Source: Chloroflexota bacterium
Lineage (GTDB): Bacteria; Chloroflexota; Chloroflexia; Thermomicrobiales; UBA6265
Reading direction: 5' to 3'
NCBI GenBank assembly: GCA_023424355.1
Contig: JAFAEA010000236.1
Coordinates: 1-38,781 of the forward strand
Length of the DNA stretch: 38,781 nucleotides
A program made the position numbers and the translations under genes. Below, in pieces: positions 1-7,802 of this stretch. Under the pieces are notes generated by a model. The model saw only the letters and a program-made list of their open reading frames with translations, did not search any database and was not told the origin of the DNA. Position 1 is the first letter of the stretch; every line of letters starts with the position of its first letter.

Positions 1-48
1 ACGGGCGTGGGAACTCCGGTTCTCCCGACGCCAAGGGGGTGATGTGCT

Positions 49-510
49 GTGGATGACTTGAAGCTGCGAGAAGCACTCCGGCCATTGGCGAATGCGCTCA
101 CACCGGCATCGGCACTGGACGCTGAACGCAAGGTGCGCGAGGGATTCCGATCTGACGGCCTCATCGACATTGGCGTGATCGCTGGTGCGTTGCCGGCGCA
201 ACGGTTTGATCTGGTGGTGCCAGGTGGGGCAACCGCAGGCGTGCAGCCAGCGCGGTTCTTTATCCCAGAGGCATCCAGAGGGGTACGGCTGGCGCTCATC
301 AGCAGCGGCAACGCCTCGGACACCTTCGGTGTGGATGTGCGGGTGAACGGCACCGTGCGAGCCAGCGGCGCTATCCGCTCGGGAACGAACCAATCAACTG
401 GCGTGTTCAGCGTGGCATTGCCGACCGGCAGCGTAGTGAGCATCGAGACGAAAGCCACCATCACCCAGGCCGTAACCGTGACCGTTTTCTATCGACCAGT
501 GGAGGACTAG
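49..510 (+). CDS. hypothetical phage protein (distal tail/fibre module)
   Basis: 153-aa ORF with a GTG start downstream of an AAGGGGG purine run. There is a 2-nt gap to the next ORF, and it lies upstream of the tailspike gene. No recognisable motif. Confidence 0.5.
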   Translation: MDDLKLREALRPLANALTPASALDAERKVREGFRSDGLIDIGVIAGALPAQRFDLVVPGGATAGVQPARFFIPEASRGVRLALISSGNASDTFGVDVRVNGTVRASGAIRSGTNQSTGVFSVALPTGSVVSIETKATITQAVTVTVFYRPVED

Positions 511-512
511 CA

Positions 513-893
513 ATGGCTATTACGTATTCATATGGGCGCATCGTGATTCAGCAAGGCACCAGCTTCGGCGCGGTGTTCCCGTTCCGCAATCCCGACCTGG
601 TGACGTGCGATGACTTTACCGAGTGGAGCGCCACGTTTGAGATCTTCGACGCTAACGGCGTGAGCCTCTACAAGTGGAGTTCCGCCACCAGCGCCAACGT
701 CGCAACCGGTCTGTGGAACCCCACCGGGAACTTTGCCTACAACGTGTATGTGGAACTGACCAAGGAGCAGACAGCGGCTATGAGCGACTGGGGGCAGGGC
801 CACTTTGACCTCGATGTGCTTGACCCGTTCGGTCATGCCCAGTACCGGGTGCACGACCAGATCGTGCTGGAGGAGGGTACGACACATGGCTAA
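513..893 (+). CDS. hypothetical phage protein
   Basis: 126-aa ORF. The ATG is preceded by GGAGGA. Its stop overlaps the start of the next gene (ATGGCTAA). Confidence 0.55.
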   Translation: MAITYSYGRIVIQQGTSFGAVFPFRNPDLVTCDDFTEWSATFEIFDANGVSLYKWSSATSANVATGLWNPTGNFAYNVYVELTKEQTAAMSDWGQGHFDLDVLDPFGHAQYRVHDQIVLEEGTTHG

Positions 894-2886
894 TGGACGA
901 ACACTGGTGAGGCCTGAATGGACAACGCTGCCGGGCGGGGATATTAGCGCAGCCGAGTGGGGCGTTGCGCTAACTGATATTGGCGACATCAAGGCGGGTG
1001 TCAACCTTGTGGAGACACGTACATTCGACGTGCGAAAGTACGGCTCGATTTTCACGGCCAACGACGCGCCAGCCTTCCAGGCTGCCATTGACGCGGTTCA
1101 TGCAGCGGGCGGAGGCGTCGTTACCGGGCCTGCCGGGTTCTACACCTTTACGGCGGGACTTACTGTGCCGGATGGGGTTTCGTTCGAATTCCCCGGGAGC
1201 GGTTCAACGGAATTTGACTTTTCCGCGATGACAACCAACGCGCCGGGGCCAGCGGGAATCTATGCAGGTGGGACACTCACCAACCTTGGTGGCCTTGGTG
1301 CTGACGTTCAAAAAGACACCTTGGCGATTACGCTGGCGGCCGCTCCGACCGGTGTTATGCCGGGCGACTACCTTATTATCTACAACAGCACAGATGGTTC
1401 ATTCAACCCCGCGCGTTCATACTATCGCGCTGGTGAGTTTCTGCGTGTCCTCTCGGTGTCTGGAACCACCATCACCCTCACAGCCCCCACGTACGCAAGT
1501 TACACCGTACACACGAACCGAACCGTCTATAAGGTCACCCCCGCCCGTGTGGCGCTATCGGGATTCAGGGCGGTATTCAAGCCTGGAGCGTCTGGCATTG
1601 TCGTTGACCTTGGGACAGGGGTGAAGATCGACGATGTGCGTGCTACCGGCTCGAACCACAGTATTATTCAACTTCGGCGCTGTGTAGACGTAACGCTAAA
1701 TGATGTGCACGCATGGGACGCCTCGCCCTCGGTCGCAATTAACTACGGCGTTTCCATCGTCAATTGCCAGAGCGTGACCATTGACGAGTCGTTCCTGGAA
1801 ACGACCCGACACGGCTTGACCCTTACCGGCATTGATGTGCCGGGGTGTGTGCCGAACCGCAACATCACCGTACGCGGTGGCCGCATCAGCTCGAACGGCA
1901 ATCTTACGCACGGCATGGGGCTTGACATGCACGGAAACGTTGAGCATGTGCAGTTCATTGATGTTGATATGCCAAGAGGCGTGATGATCGCAGGCGACCA
2001 CACATACCTGCGAGGCCGGGTTCGCTCTGGCCCTGGCGGCACGGCCATCCGATCTCGTGAAATGATCGGCTGGAGCCATGAAATCGACGTAAAGGTGACC
2101 GTAACCGAGCAAACCGTCGCGGGGTTTGGCTGGATTGATTTGAAGGAAACGGGGGTCACTCGGCAGAACGGTCACTTGCAGGTGAAGGCAGAGATTGACG
2201 CCGGCGCGTACGGTAATATTTCTGGCACACATTACGGCGTGTACATCTACAACAATGGTGGCAGTCACGTCAACGACGTGACGATAGACCTCACCGTGCA
2301 CTCTGGCCTTCCTGATCTTGGCTCCGGTGCGCTCGCACTCTGGTTGCGGGCGGCAGCAGGAACAGGGTGGCGCGATGTTGATTACACCGTCAAGGCAAAA
2401 CGCATGGGCGTTCGAATCGAGTGCAGTCCCCGCCTCATCACGCGCCACGACTGTGACATCTATGAGCCGCCCCGCGAAGGCATCATAACGGTTCCGGTCG
2501 CATCACCTATCTGGACATCGACCCGGATGCGCTCGTACAACAATCGCGTCTTGTCCGCAGGGTCGACGGGCATTTCGGATCAGATGTCGGGCGTGTCGGG
2601 TGGCGAGTTGATATCCGATAACGATCAATCGGTATCGTGTAACCGCCTTGGCATTGGCACGACCTATACCGGCACCAGTTGGTATATCGCAAATATCCGT
2701 CGGGTGGTTCGCCGGAACTGCGTGATCGGCGACGACCAGGGCACACCGACACAACTAAGAAGCGATGGGGTTGACAACGTCGGCACATTCATCGACGTGC
2801 GCCCCGTAATTGTAGGGAGTGTGACGACAAAACAGCGGGGCACCATCACTACATCGCTGGAAGATCCGCCGATCCTGGCGGGGTAA
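886..2886 (+). CDS. tailspike / tail fibre protein with pectate-lyase-like right-handed beta-helix domain
   Basis: The frame is open from 805, but the ATG at 886 follows GGAGGAGGG and overlaps the upstream stop. The N-terminal segment FDVRKYGSIFTANDAPAFQAAIDAVHAAGGGVVTGPAGFYTF resembles the start of pectate-lyase-superfamily depolymerase domains. Length 666 aa. Confidence 0.7.
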   Translation: MANGRTLVRPEWTTLPGGDISAAEWGVALTDIGDIKAGVNLVETRTFDVRKYGSIFTANDAPAFQAAIDAVHAAGGGVVTGPAGFYTFTAGLTVPDGVSFEFPGSGSTEFDFSAMTTNAPGPAGIYAGGTLTNLGGLGADVQKDTLAITLAAAPTGVMPGDYLIIYNSTDGSFNPARSYYRAGEFLRVLSVSGTTITLTAPTYASYTVHTNRTVYKVTPARVALSGFRAVFKPGASGIVVDLGTGVKIDDVRATGSNHSIIQLRRCVDVTLNDVHAWDASPSVAINYGVSIVNCQSVTIDESFLETTRHGLTLTGIDVPGCVPNRNITVRGGRISSNGNLTHGMGLDMHGNVEHVQFIDVDMPRGVMIAGDHTYLRGRVRSGPGGTAIRSREMIGWSHEIDVKVTVTEQTVAGFGWIDLKETGVTRQNGHLQVKAEIDAGAYGNISGTHYGVYIYNNGGSHVNDVTIDLTVHSGLPDLGSGALALWLRAAAGTGWRDVDYTVKAKRMGVRIECSPRLITRHDCDIYEPPREGIITVPVASPIWTSTRMRSYNNRVLSAGSTGISDQMSGVSGGELISDNDQSVSCNRLGIGTTYTGTSWYIANIRRVVRRNCVIGDDQGTPTQLRSDGVDNVGTFIDVRPVIVGSVTTKQRGTITTSLEDPPILAG

Positions 2887-2896
2887 GGAGGTATCT

Positions 2897-3724
2897 ATGA
2901 CCGACACGATCACATTACCAAGCGGTGTTGAAGTCTACGAAGGCAAAGTGCTGGTGCTTCCGGGCGCGAGCACGATCATGCCAGTCGGCGATCTCACTCC
3001 CGCTGACGTGCAATCTCTCATCGACGCGGTGAACGCCGCAATGGGCCAAGAGCTCGGCGATCTTGCCAACGTGTCTGAAGCCGGGAAGGTTGAGGGCATG
3101 GTACTCGGTGTACTGGCCGACGGCAACTGGTCTCCGCAGGTATTAACCGGCAAGCTCGAACGAGTGGGGACCAACTGGAATACCAAAGAAGTTCAGAACG
3201 TGTCATGGCTCACGGTCGGGAACGGAATTGATATTCATGACGGCACCTCAACTGGCGGACGAGCGCACCTGCAGCTCGTGTGGGGCGCGAGCGGGAGCTC
3301 GAATGCAATTGCCAGAGCCGATCATACTCACCCCCCGACGCTCAAAAGTCGATACATGTTCAACAAATCCGCCGCGGTGCTCGGCGGCGGCACGTCGGAA
3401 CTGGTGAACGAAACCGTTACCGGTTTGGTGAGCACCGTGATCTACGACGTGGATATCACCGGGCGCCTTGAGGCTGTTAACACAAACATGAGCGGCCGAC
3501 TTTACTTGCGCACACAAATTGGCGCAAACACCGAACAGAGCGTGACACGTGGGTTCAGTGGCGGCGTGTGGACGGAGGCTTCAACTACCGGCACTCAGAT
3601 GAGCGTCACAGGCGTCACCAGCCTTCAACTGAAGTTCTGGGCGGAGTACCAGACTGGCGATCCAACCGCGCTGTACACCGGTGAACTTGCGTATTCGATC
3701 ACACCGAGGGGAGGCACATCGTAA
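2897..3724 (+). CDS. hypothetical tail-fibre-associated protein
   Basis: 275-aa ORF with a strong AAGGAGG Shine-Dalgarno 6 nt upstream. It lies immediately after the tailspike gene. Ser/Thr/Gly-rich. Confidence 0.55.
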   Translation: MTDTITLPSGVEVYEGKVLVLPGASTIMPVGDLTPADVQSLIDAVNAAMGQELGDLANVSEAGKVEGMVLGVLADGNWSPQVLTGKLERVGTNWNTKEVQNVSWLTVGNGIDIHDGTSTGGRAHLQLVWGASGSSNAIARADHTHPPTLKSRYMFNKSAAVLGGGTSELVNETVTGLVSTVIYDVDITGRLEAVNTNMSGRLYLRTQIGANTEQSVTRGFSGGVWTEASTTGTQMSVTGVTSLQLKFWAEYQTGDPTALYTGELAYSITPRGGTS

Positions 3725-4026
3725 TGGCCATTGAAGGAAGTTTGGAAGTTGTGGTGGACGGCGTGAGTACCGCGCAGCGGGTTCGGGTGGCGAGCCTTGC
3801 CAGTGTCCCGGCGGTGCTTGCCAACAACTTCGGTATCACGGGCGCGGTGGAGATTGATCCGGTGAAAGTTGGGACGGTGACCGCAGCGGGTACGTGGAGC
3901 GGCACCAAGGATGGCAAGCCTGCGACCGCACGGCTGTGGCGCGATATCCCGTTCGAGGAGACGGCTATCGGCAGGGCTTTGGCATCTGGCGAGATCGATC
4001 CGCTGAATCCAGGAAGCGAGGTGTAA
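3724..4026 (+). CDS. hypothetical protein
   Basis: 100-aa ORF with a TAATG stop/start overlap with the upstream gene. Confidence 0.5.
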   Translation: MAIEGSLEVVVDGVSTAQRVRVASLASVPAVLANNFGITGAVEIDPVKVGTVTAAGTWSGTKDGKPATARLWRDIPFEETAIGRALASGEIDPLNPGSEV

Positions 4027-4080
4027 GCGATATGCGAGCGATACCGCGATATCCGCCGGAATTGGCGGTAGTGAGGGGCT

Positions 4081-4404
4081 ATGACGATGATCGAAACCGC
4101 GCTGGGGCCGTTGATCACCGTTGGGCTGCCGATATTGGCAGGTTTGGTCGCCTCCGTGTGGCGGCAGATCCAGAAGCAGCGCAAGACGAAGGCGACCGCG
4201 ATCAAGACGGTCGAATCGTGGGAATCCACGGTCGAAAAAAAGAACCAGCAGATCGAGGAGTGGGAGCGCCGGTTCAACCGTTTGTACGAAGACTATCAGC
4301 GATCGAGGGCGATCATTCGAGATCAGGACGCCCGACTCGCGCGCAAGGACGAAAGGATCGCACATCTGGAACTGCTGTGCGACTCGAAGGGAACACCATC
4401 ATGA
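4081..4404 (+). CDS. membrane-anchored coiled-coil protein (lysis-region accessory, function unknown)
   Basis: 107 aa. It has an N-terminal hydrophobic helix (LGPLITVGLPILAGLVASVW) followed by a charged heptad-like region. GTGAGGGG lies upstream of the ATG. Confidence 0.55.
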   Translation: MTMIETALGPLITVGLPILAGLVASVWRQIQKQRKTKATAIKTVESWESTVEKKNQQIEEWERRFNRLYEDYQRSRAIIRDQDARLARKDERIAHLELLCDSKGTPS

Positions 4405-4607
4405 GCCGATTGATAAAGCGGTTCATCAAGTTTCTCGACCCACGGCCAGAGCCGGAGTTCCAGCAACGGATGGATGAATCGCGCCGAAAGGCAGTACAGC
4501 AATCGAGAGCTGCGGTCCATGAGACGCGCCGGTTGCGTCGTGAGATCGACAGCATGTATGACCGCATTGTTATCGATGCACCAGGGCGAAAGGAAGGCCA
4601 ATCATGA
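4401..4607 (+). CDS. hypothetical basic protein
   Basis: The internal ATG at 4401 of the 3894-4607 frame overlaps the upstream stop as ATGA. Length 68 aa. The longer N-terminal extension would overlap two better genes. Confidence 0.45.
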   Translation: MSRLIKRFIKFLDPRPEPEFQQRMDESRRKAVQQSRAAVHETRRLRREIDSMYDRIVIDAPGRKEGQS

Positions 4608-4927
4608 CTGGCGCAAATATCGATTGGCTCCGGTTTCTCCCATTCATGTCGGTCGCGTTGATTGTATGGGGTTGGGCACTGATTGAGCAGTTCAGCGACC
4701 GGCCGTGGAATATCGCCAAGGTGACGATTGTGCTCACCGGATACAGCGTGGCGATCTACATCGGATCGCTGGCATTGAACTACAGCTGGATGAGCATCGA
4801 CTGGCCTGATGGCTATTACGATTGGGTGCGCGTGCTTATGGGACTGACGTTCTTTGGCGTTCCGTTCGTATGGCGCAATGTGTGGTGGTCAATCCGTGCC
4901 TGGCTGGATCGGAGACGTGACAGATGA
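4604..4927 (+). CDS. multi-pass membrane protein, holin-like
   Basis: 107 aa with about 3 hydrophobic helices and a basic C-terminus (RAWLDRRRDR). ATGA overlaps on both sides. It lies upstream of the endolysin. Confidence 0.55.
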   Translation: MTGANIDWLRFLPFMSVALIVWGWALIEQFSDRPWNIAKVTIVLTGYSVAIYIGSLALNYSWMSIDWPDGYYDWVRVLMGLTFFGVPFVWRNVWWSIRAWLDRRRDR

Positions 4928-5106
4928 GTACTTCCGGGATCCTGTGTCCAGACTGCGGTACACGACTGGCAACGATTACCAAGGGGCAGGCGGTGAGATT
5001 CATGCCAGGCACCATCGTTGAACGACTGTTCGCCCATTACGCTCTGGTGCGGTGCCAGTGTGGGTGCGAGCGCAAGATTCGATATCCGCTGGAGAAGGCC
5101 GCGTAA
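4924..5106 (+). CDS. small zinc-ribbon protein
   Basis: 60 aa with CPDC ... CQCGC cysteine pairs. ATGA overlap with the upstream gene. Confidence 0.5.
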   Translation: MSTSGILCPDCGTRLATITKGQAVRFMPGTIVERLFAHYALVRCQCGCERKIRYPLEKAA

Positions 5107-5199
5107 GGAACGGCACAACTGAATGAGGTGATGGCGATGGCTGTCGGGAACGCAGAGATGCGTTGCTGGCGGCTTCTTTCATTTAATCGAGGTGGAGAT

Positions 5200-6429
5200 A
5201 TGGCTACATATTCAACGGAGATCCCAGGCGTTCCAGGTGGCCCGATTGTCACCAGCTTTCCGGTGTATCTCAAGATCGCTCCAACGTGGCGCACCAACGT
5301 GCGACCAGGCATCAAGGCTCGCACGCCACGACGGCCAGTGCAGCACGAGACCGCCAACCCGAACAGCATGGCGGTGGATGATGCCACCTATCTCTACAAC
5401 GGCTCCGGCGGCCGTCAGGCCAGCTGGCACATCACCGTCGATGACATCGCGGCCTATGTCGGCATTCCGCTCGATGAGGTGACGTGGCAAGCGTCCGATG
5501 GTGCCGGACCCGGCAACTACAACGGGATCAGCTGCGAGCTGGCGGTTCATCGAAACATCGTTGCCAGTGATGCTCGACGCGCTGAATCACAGCGCAAGGC
5601 TGCCGAGATCATGGGCAAGATCGGTGCGCGGCTCGATGCTATGCCACCCGCGAAACGTCACCACGATTACGCTCCAGACAAGAAGTGGTGCCCTGCCCAG
5701 ATGATGAATCGCGGCGAATGGAATCGATACGTGGACTGGTGGGCCGGGTACTTCCAGGAGGAGAAGCGATCGATGGCTGGCGGTGGATCCGAATCGGCCT
5801 ACAAGAAGGGTGACCGTATCGAGGTGACCGCACAGGCACTGAATGTTCGTGTGGGCTATGGCCTCGACTACCGCATCGTCACCACGCTCACGCCAGGTCG
5901 AACCGCCACGGTGATTGCTGATGACGCTGGCAACTCCAGCGTGTATCGCGATGGATACCAGTGGCTGAACGTGGATATCGACAACTTCGGCACCGGCTGG
6001 ATGGCCATGGGCAACGCCTCGGAAAGCTGGGTCGGAAAGGCTTCCACCCCCGCGCCAGTAGAGCCGCCGAAGAAATACGCGCCAGTGGTTCCGGTGAAGG
6101 AACTGCTGGAGACGAACTTTAGCTTTGCCGATAAGTACAACACCGCCGAGGGCATCACCACCGTCAATGAATCGGAGTTCATCTTCGTGGCTGACGTGAT
6201 CGAGTTCAAGCGCAGCTCGCCAGCGAAGCAGTACGCGATGGAAGCCGCCAAAGATGTGAAGGCGCCGTATCAGGACGGCGATCGTGTGATTGCCGCATGG
6301 CTGGTGAAATCCAGCGAAGGAACCTGGTGGTATCTCCTCACAGGTGGAGACGATGAATGGGTGAGAGTGAAGTACATCGACACGGTTCGCATTGCCGATG
6401 CTCCGCTGCTGGGAGATGACGCTAATTGA
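5200..6429 (+). CDS. endolysin: N-acetylmuramoyl-L-alanine amidase (Amidase_2/PGRP-type) with C-terminal SH3-like wall-binding region
   Basis: The ATG at 5200 lies 1 nt downstream of a GGTGGAGAT purine run (the frame is open from 5128). Zn-ligand pattern as in T7-lysozyme-type amidases: VQHETANP ... HHDYAPDKKWCP. An SH3b-like segment follows (YKKGDRIEVTAQALNVRVGYGLDYRIVTTL...GYQWLNV). Confidence 0.85.
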   Translation: MATYSTEIPGVPGGPIVTSFPVYLKIAPTWRTNVRPGIKARTPRRPVQHETANPNSMAVDDATYLYNGSGGRQASWHITVDDIAAYVGIPLDEVTWQASDGAGPGNYNGISCELAVHRNIVASDARRAESQRKAAEIMGKIGARLDAMPPAKRHHDYAPDKKWCPAQMMNRGEWNRYVDWWAGYFQEEKRSMAGGGSESAYKKGDRIEVTAQALNVRVGYGLDYRIVTTLTPGRTATVIADDAGNSSVYRDGYQWLNVDIDNFGTGWMAMGNASESWVGKASTPAPVEPPKKYAPVVPVKELLETNFSFADKYNTAEGITTVNESEFIFVADVIEFKRSSPAKQYAMEAAKDVKAPYQDGDRVIAAWLVKSSEGTWWYLLTGGDDEWVRVKYIDTVRIADAPLLGDDAN

Positions 6430-6665
6430 GAAAGGCGGTGATCGTGGGCCTCTGCTCCGCGATGGCCGAGCAAGCCTGTATCTCCCACATGCCACCCGGT
6501 GGGTCGAAGTCGGGCGGCGGCAACTTACAAGAAATCCTTGTGAGTTCGAGTGTTCACAACTCCGGACATAAGGCCGGACATAGTGAGGTCATAAGGGACG
6601 CTAATGTCCACAACCAGTGACATAGCGACATTTCAGGCCGAAAACGACAAGAAGGAGACCCAACC

Positions 6666-6761
6666 ATGAGTGACCAGTGCGATAGCTGCCAATGTTGCGA
6701 TTGCAGCGCAGCTGAAGATTGTGGGCGAACGTGCCCCGATTGCAAGCGAGAAGGGAAGTAG
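6666..6761 (+). CDS. 31-aa cysteine-rich peptide (MSDQCDSCQCCDCSAAEDCGRTCPDCKREGK)
   Basis: Below the ORF-track cutoff. AGGAG at 6653-6657 lies 8 nt before the ATG. The TAG stop lies 2 nt before the ATG of the next gene. 8 Cys in 31 residues. Confidence 0.4.
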   Translation: MSDQCDSCQCCDCSAAEDCGRTCPDCKREGK

Positions 6762-6763
6762 AC

Positions 6764-7051
6764 ATGGCAACTAAACCAACCAACACCAGCATCACCCAGA
6801 GCGAACCGGCGCTGACCTATGGCACCATCGTGGCTGCCATCGCAGCTGCGTTCGCTGTGGCCAAGACGTTCGGCCTGCCACTCACTGAAGATCAGGAGAA
6901 TGCAATCCTGCAGTTCCTGACGATCCTCGGGCCGATCATCACAGCGGTAATCATTCGCCAGAAGGTGTACTCGCCGGATACCACTCAGCGGATCGCTGAC
7001 CACGCGGCCGAGACGGGCGATGCCACCATCGCACCGCCGCCGGCGAAGTAG
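6764..7051 (+). CDS. two-helix membrane protein, holin-like
   Basis: The ATG at 6764 follows GAGAAGGGAAG. Length 95 aa. Two hydrophobic segments (YGTIVAAIAAAFAVAKTF and ILQFLTILGPIITAVII) and a hydrophilic tail. A terminator follows. Confidence 0.55.
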   Translation: MATKPTNTSITQSEPALTYGTIVAAIAAAFAVAKTFGLPLTEDQENAILQFLTILGPIITAVIIRQKVYSPDTTQRIADHAAETGDATIAPPPAK

Positions 7052-7073
7052 AGTCTTCTCGGCCTTCTAGAAA

Positions 7074-7110
7074 CAAGAAACCCTGGGCACATTAGGCCCA
7101 GGGTTTCTTG
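7074..7110. terminator. perfect 15-bp stem hairpin (bidirectional terminator candidate)
   Basis: CAAGAAACCCTGGGC (7074-7088) and GCCCAGGGTTTCTTG (7096-7110) flank a 7-nt loop. It sits between the end of the + strand lysis genes and the 3' end of the minus-strand tRNA array. Confidence 0.6.
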
Positions 7111-7149
7111 TGACAAGGTTGAGACCGTTCGCGAGGATTTGATCCCCGG

Positions 7150-7222
7150 AGCACCTGGAGAGATTCGAACTCCCAACCGTCGGTTTACAAAACCACTGCT
7201 CTACCGTTAGAGCTACAGGTGC
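7150..7222 (-). tRNA. tRNA-Thr (anticodon UGU)
   Basis: Hand-folded reverse complement: acceptor GCACCTG/CAGGTGC, U8, D-arm GCTC/GAGC, anticodon loop TTTGTAA, T-arm GGGAG-TTCGAAT-CTCTC, discriminator T. CCA is not fully encoded. Confidence 0.8.
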
Positions 7223-7277
7223 CAAGCTGCGTAGGTCAGACACCCTGCAGAGGCGGTGTACACGTCCTCCCTACGCA

Positions 7278-7351
7278 TGGAGCGACAGGCGAGAATCGAA
7301 CTCGCATCCACAGCTTGGAAGGCTGGCATTGGGCCATTCAACTACTGTCGC
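7278..7351 (-). tRNA. tRNA-Gly (anticodon UCC)
   Basis: Reverse complement GCGACAG TA GTTG..CAAT G CCAGC CTTCCAA GCTGT GGAT GCGAG TTCGATT CTCGC CTGTCGC T CCA. Anticodon arm and T-arm closely resemble my recollection of bacterial glyT-type tRNA. CCA is encoded. Confidence 0.85.
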
Positions 7352-7363
7352 ATGAACGATCCG

Positions 7364-7433
7364 AACCGGCGACGGGATTCGAACCCGCAACCCCCTTCCA
7401 AAAGTCGGTGCTCTGCCGTTGAGCTACGCCGGG
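7364..7433 (-). tRNA. tRNA-like element with aberrant anticodon arm (possible pseudo-tRNA or attP-associated tRNA copy)
   Basis: Good 6-bp acceptor (CCGGCG/CGCCGG, with a C1:U72 mismatch), D-arm GCTC-AACGGCA-GAGC and T-arm GCGGG-TTCGAAT-CCCGT. Only 21 nt (ACCGACTTTTGGAAGGGGGTT) separate the D and T stems, and no 5-bp anticodon stem can be drawn. The best loop readings are UUG or UGG. Confidence 0.5.
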
Positions 7434-7610
7434 ACAGATCGCTCGACGCCGGCTATCCCGTAGGAAGTGATCCCAGATCACTTGTCACCAGCATCCTGCA
7501 AAAATTCTAGCAGAGTAGACGCGGTATTTGTGGATCTCCGCCACGACAACATCAACGCGAAAAACGGCCAAAATTGGACCAATTCACGCCTGCACTCACG
7601 CCTCCAACAT

Positions 7611-7632
7611 AAAACCGGGCCAAATGGCCCGG
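7611..7632 (-). terminator. intrinsic terminator candidate downstream of integrase
   Basis: CCGGGCC-AAAT-GGCCCGG hairpin (7615-7632). On the minus strand it is followed by TTTT (7611-7614). It lies about 150 nt downstream of the int stop. Confidence 0.5.
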
Positions 7633-7721
7633 TATCATCAACGTTTTCTGTTTTATGGTGCCGGGAGAGAGATTCGACAGTCTGCACAACGCTGCATATT
7701 TTCGCTTGAATCTACATGCTG

Positions 7722-7802
7722 ATACACGCGACTACACGCGCATGCACGCGCATGCGTGAATATCAATTCACGCGCGGAATTCACGCACCGCCTGATTCAC
7801 GC
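7722..7802. repeat. array of CACGC-core repeats (candidate integrase/excisionase arm-type or regulator binding sites)
   Basis: NCACGCG occurs at 7724-7730, 7734-7740 and 7744-7750, at exact 10-bp phasing. An inverted GCGTG lies at 7754-7758. ATTCACGC occurs at 7766-7773, 7779-7786 and 7795-7802, with a further ATTCACGC at 7582-7589. Confidence 0.5.

Noticed and set aside
1696-2448. 250-aa minus-strand ORF (and several others at 528-2849)
   Set aside because: They are antisense to the tailspike gene. No independent signals.
3625-4365. 246-aa and 192-aa minus-strand ORFs
   Set aside because: They overlap three coupled + strand genes, and their products are Arg/Pro-rich and implausible.
3894-4607. 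237-aa + strand ORF as listed
   Set aside because: Its first 169 codons overlap the better-supported genes 3724-4026 and 4081-4404 in other frames. Only the coupled 68-aa C-terminal part (4401-4607) was kept.
5587-6495. 302-aa minus-strand ORF
   Set aside because: It is antisense to the endolysin gene, which has unambiguous amidase and SH3 motifs. It has no SD and a low-complexity product.
7219-7722. Several 64-84-aa ORFs across the tRNA and attP-like region
   Set aside because: They overlap tRNA genes or the repeat-rich non-coding spacer. None has an SD or any coding bias.
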